A stretch of DNA of 64,000 nt, taken from Parcubacteria bacterium C7867-006 (GTDB taxonomy: Bacteria; Patescibacteriota; Minisyncoccia; Phycocordibacterales; DATDWN01). The notes beneath the pieces are model-generated. The model was not told the origin of the DNA. It saw only the letters and a list, made by a program, of their open reading frames with translations, and did no database searches. This document shows, piece by piece, positions 62,681 through 64,000 of the stretch. Each line of letters starts with the position of its first letter. Position 1 is the first letter of the stretch. The stretch is taken from NCBI GenBank assembly GCA_001189155.1, contig LFCP01000004.1, positions 133,618 to 197,617 on the forward strand. Direction: 5' to 3'. Made by a program: the position numbers and the translations under genes.

Positions 62681-63862
62681 ATGAAAATTTTAAGCATCGA
62701 AACCTCCTGTGATGAGACAGCAGTGAGTATAGTTGAAGCTGAAGGAGGACTAGACTCCCCCTCATTTAAAGTCCTGGGAAATGCCTTATTCTCACAGATA
62801 GCCATACACAAAGAATATGGTGGGGTCTATCCTATGCTAGCGAAACGAGAGCACGCAAAAAACCTAGCACCACTTTTAGAAAAAAGTCTAAAAGATGCTG
62901 GTTTACTAAAAAACCAACAAAACAACCATACTGAAGAATTTTGGAAAGACGTAGAAAATATTTTATCTAGAGAAGAAGGTTTATTCCCTGCATTAAAAGA
63001 AACATTCAAAGATATCGATAAGCCAAACATAGATGCAATATCTGTTACTTCTGGTCCCGGACTTGAACCAGCTTTGTGGGTTGGTATTAGTTTTGCGACA
63101 GCATTAGGAAAGCTTTGGAACATACCTGTTATTGGTGTAAACCATATGGAAGGGCATATTGCTTCAGTTTTAATAGAAAATATAGACGAAAGAAAAGTTG
63201 AATTCCCTGCTCTAGCAGTTTTGATTTCAGGTGGTCATACAGAAATAGTCAAAATAAACTCTTGGGGTAAATATAAAGTTATTGGACAAACAGTAGATGA
63301 TGCTGTTGGCGAGGCCTTTGATAAAGTAGCTAGACTTCTAGGATTACCCTACCCGGGAGGACCAGAAATCTCTCGTTTAGCAGAAAAAGCAAGAGAAGAA
63401 AATCTTCCTCACACAGCAAAACTGCCTAGACCAATGCTACATTCAAACAACCTAAACTTTTCATTCTCAGGCCTAAAAACTGCAGTGCTTTATTACATTA
63501 GAGACCATTTTTCTGGTAGTTTTGAAAATATGAACGAAGAAAATAAATCTGATCTAGCACGTGAATTTGAAGATGCCGTTATAGATGTTTTGAGAGAAAA
63601 AACAAATGAAGCGCTAAAAGAAAATAATGTAAAAACTCTTATAGTTGGAGGTGGAGTAATAGCTAATAAAAAATTAAAAGATGTATTCATTGATTTCGAA
63701 AACAAATACTCTGGGCTTGTAGTAAAAATTCCAACGAGAGGCCTAGCAACAGATAACTCACTAATGATAGCCGTAGCAGCATATATAAACACATGCTTAT
63801 ATCCAGAAATATTAACTAATACAAAAAAAATAATAGCAAAAGGTAATTTAGGATTTGAATAA
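62681..63862 (+). CDS. tsaD: tRNA N6-adenosine threonylcarbamoyltransferase
   Basis: ILSIETSCDET, VNHMEGH and GGV.AN. Starts 4 nt after tRNA-Val. Confidence 0.9.
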   Translation: MKILSIETSCDETAVSIVEAEGGLDSPSFKVLGNALFSQIAIHKEYGGVYPMLAKREHAKNLAPLLEKSLKDAGLLKNQQNNHTEEFWKDVENILSREEGLFPALKETFKDIDKPNIDAISVTSGPGLEPALWVGISFATALGKLWNIPVIGVNHMEGHIASVLIENIDERKVEFPALAVLISGGHTEIVKINSWGKYKVIGQTVDDAVGEAFDKVARLLGLPYPGGPEISRLAEKAREENLPHTAKLPRPMLHSNNLNFSFSGLKTAVLYYIRDHFSGSFENMNEENKSDLAREFEDAVIDVLREKTNEALKENNVKTLIVGGGVIANKKLKDVFIDFENKYSGLVVKIPTRGLATDNSLMIAVAAYINTCLYPEILTNTKKIIAKGNLGFE

Positions 63863-63898
63863 AAAAGTATTTTATGTTATAAAACTTAAAAGAAGCAC

Positions 63899-63939
63899 AA
63901 AACAGAAAGGACTCACGCAATGTGAGTCCTTTCTGTTTT
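63899..63939 (+). terminator. 18-bp hairpin AAAACAGAAAGGACTCAC-GCAAT-GTGAGTCCTTTCTGTTTT
   Basis: Lies after the tsaD stop. Confidence 0.75.
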
Positions 63940-64000
63940 ATATTTAACTACTCTTACTTAGTTCAAATCAATCTCCTTATTTATATCTTCAATCTTTTTA

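Noticed and set aside
1-64000. CRISPR arrays, rRNA genes, integrases or transposases, and prophage structural genes.
   Set aside because: - No regularly spaced direct repeats were seen.
- No rRNA-like conserved stretches were seen.
- No ORF has recombinase, transposase, capsid or terminase motifs recognisable by eye.

Overview
The window is 64 kb of a very AT-rich, tightly packed bacterial chromosome. Gene content suggests a Patescibacteria/CPR (Parcubacteria-like) genome; this is inference, with no database search possible. Supporting features are a short infB and dnaX, an A-domain-only pyruvate kinase, six tandem TrbC/VirB2-like pilin paralogs and many tiny membrane proteins.

Backbone genes recognised from protein motifs:
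- Replication, chromosome and division: dnaX, dprA, topA, gyrA, parB, ftsQ-like, ftsA, ftsZ.
- Translation and RNA: serS, infB, rbfA, rpsA, rpsU, rpmG (missed by the ORF track), pth, ybeY, miaA, tsaD, a Dus enzyme, a HisRS-like protein.
- Envelope and secretion: murA, murB, lepB.
- Other: folD, a Rel/SpoT protein, clpB, a cysteine desulfurase, pyk, gpm, trxB.
- Nine tRNAs: Leu x3, Trp, Tyr, Cys, Lys, Glu, Val.

The first ~5 kb is a defence-like nuclease/helicase cluster, starting with a Type I R-subunit-like protein truncated by the window edge.

Four observations stand out:
1. At least 12 short blocks (14 ORFs) are clearly more G+C-rich than the backbone, about 50-60% versus about 30% in hand-counted 60-nt lines. 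Each is a self-contained promoter + Shine-Dalgarno + ORFan + GC-hairpin-terminator cassette wedged between core genes (moron-like).
2. Native genes seem largely leaderless (TGnTATAAT, 6-7 nt, then ATG, with no SD), whereas every GC-rich cassette carries a consensus SD.
3. Each of the three tRNA-Leu genes is followed by a ~120-130 nt tRNA-like but non-tRNA element. It has tRNA-Leu-like ends (both acceptor strands in one copy, the 5' strand only in the other two), a T-arm split by two hairpins, and clear compensatory stem changes between copies. It is either a candidate new structured RNA or a T-loop-targeted mini-element.
4. Two promoter- and terminator-delimited non-coding units lie at 14.2-14.76 kb, and the first has attenuator-like alternative pairings.

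No CRISPR array, rRNA, integrase or transposase was seen. All family assignments come from motif recognition by eye.
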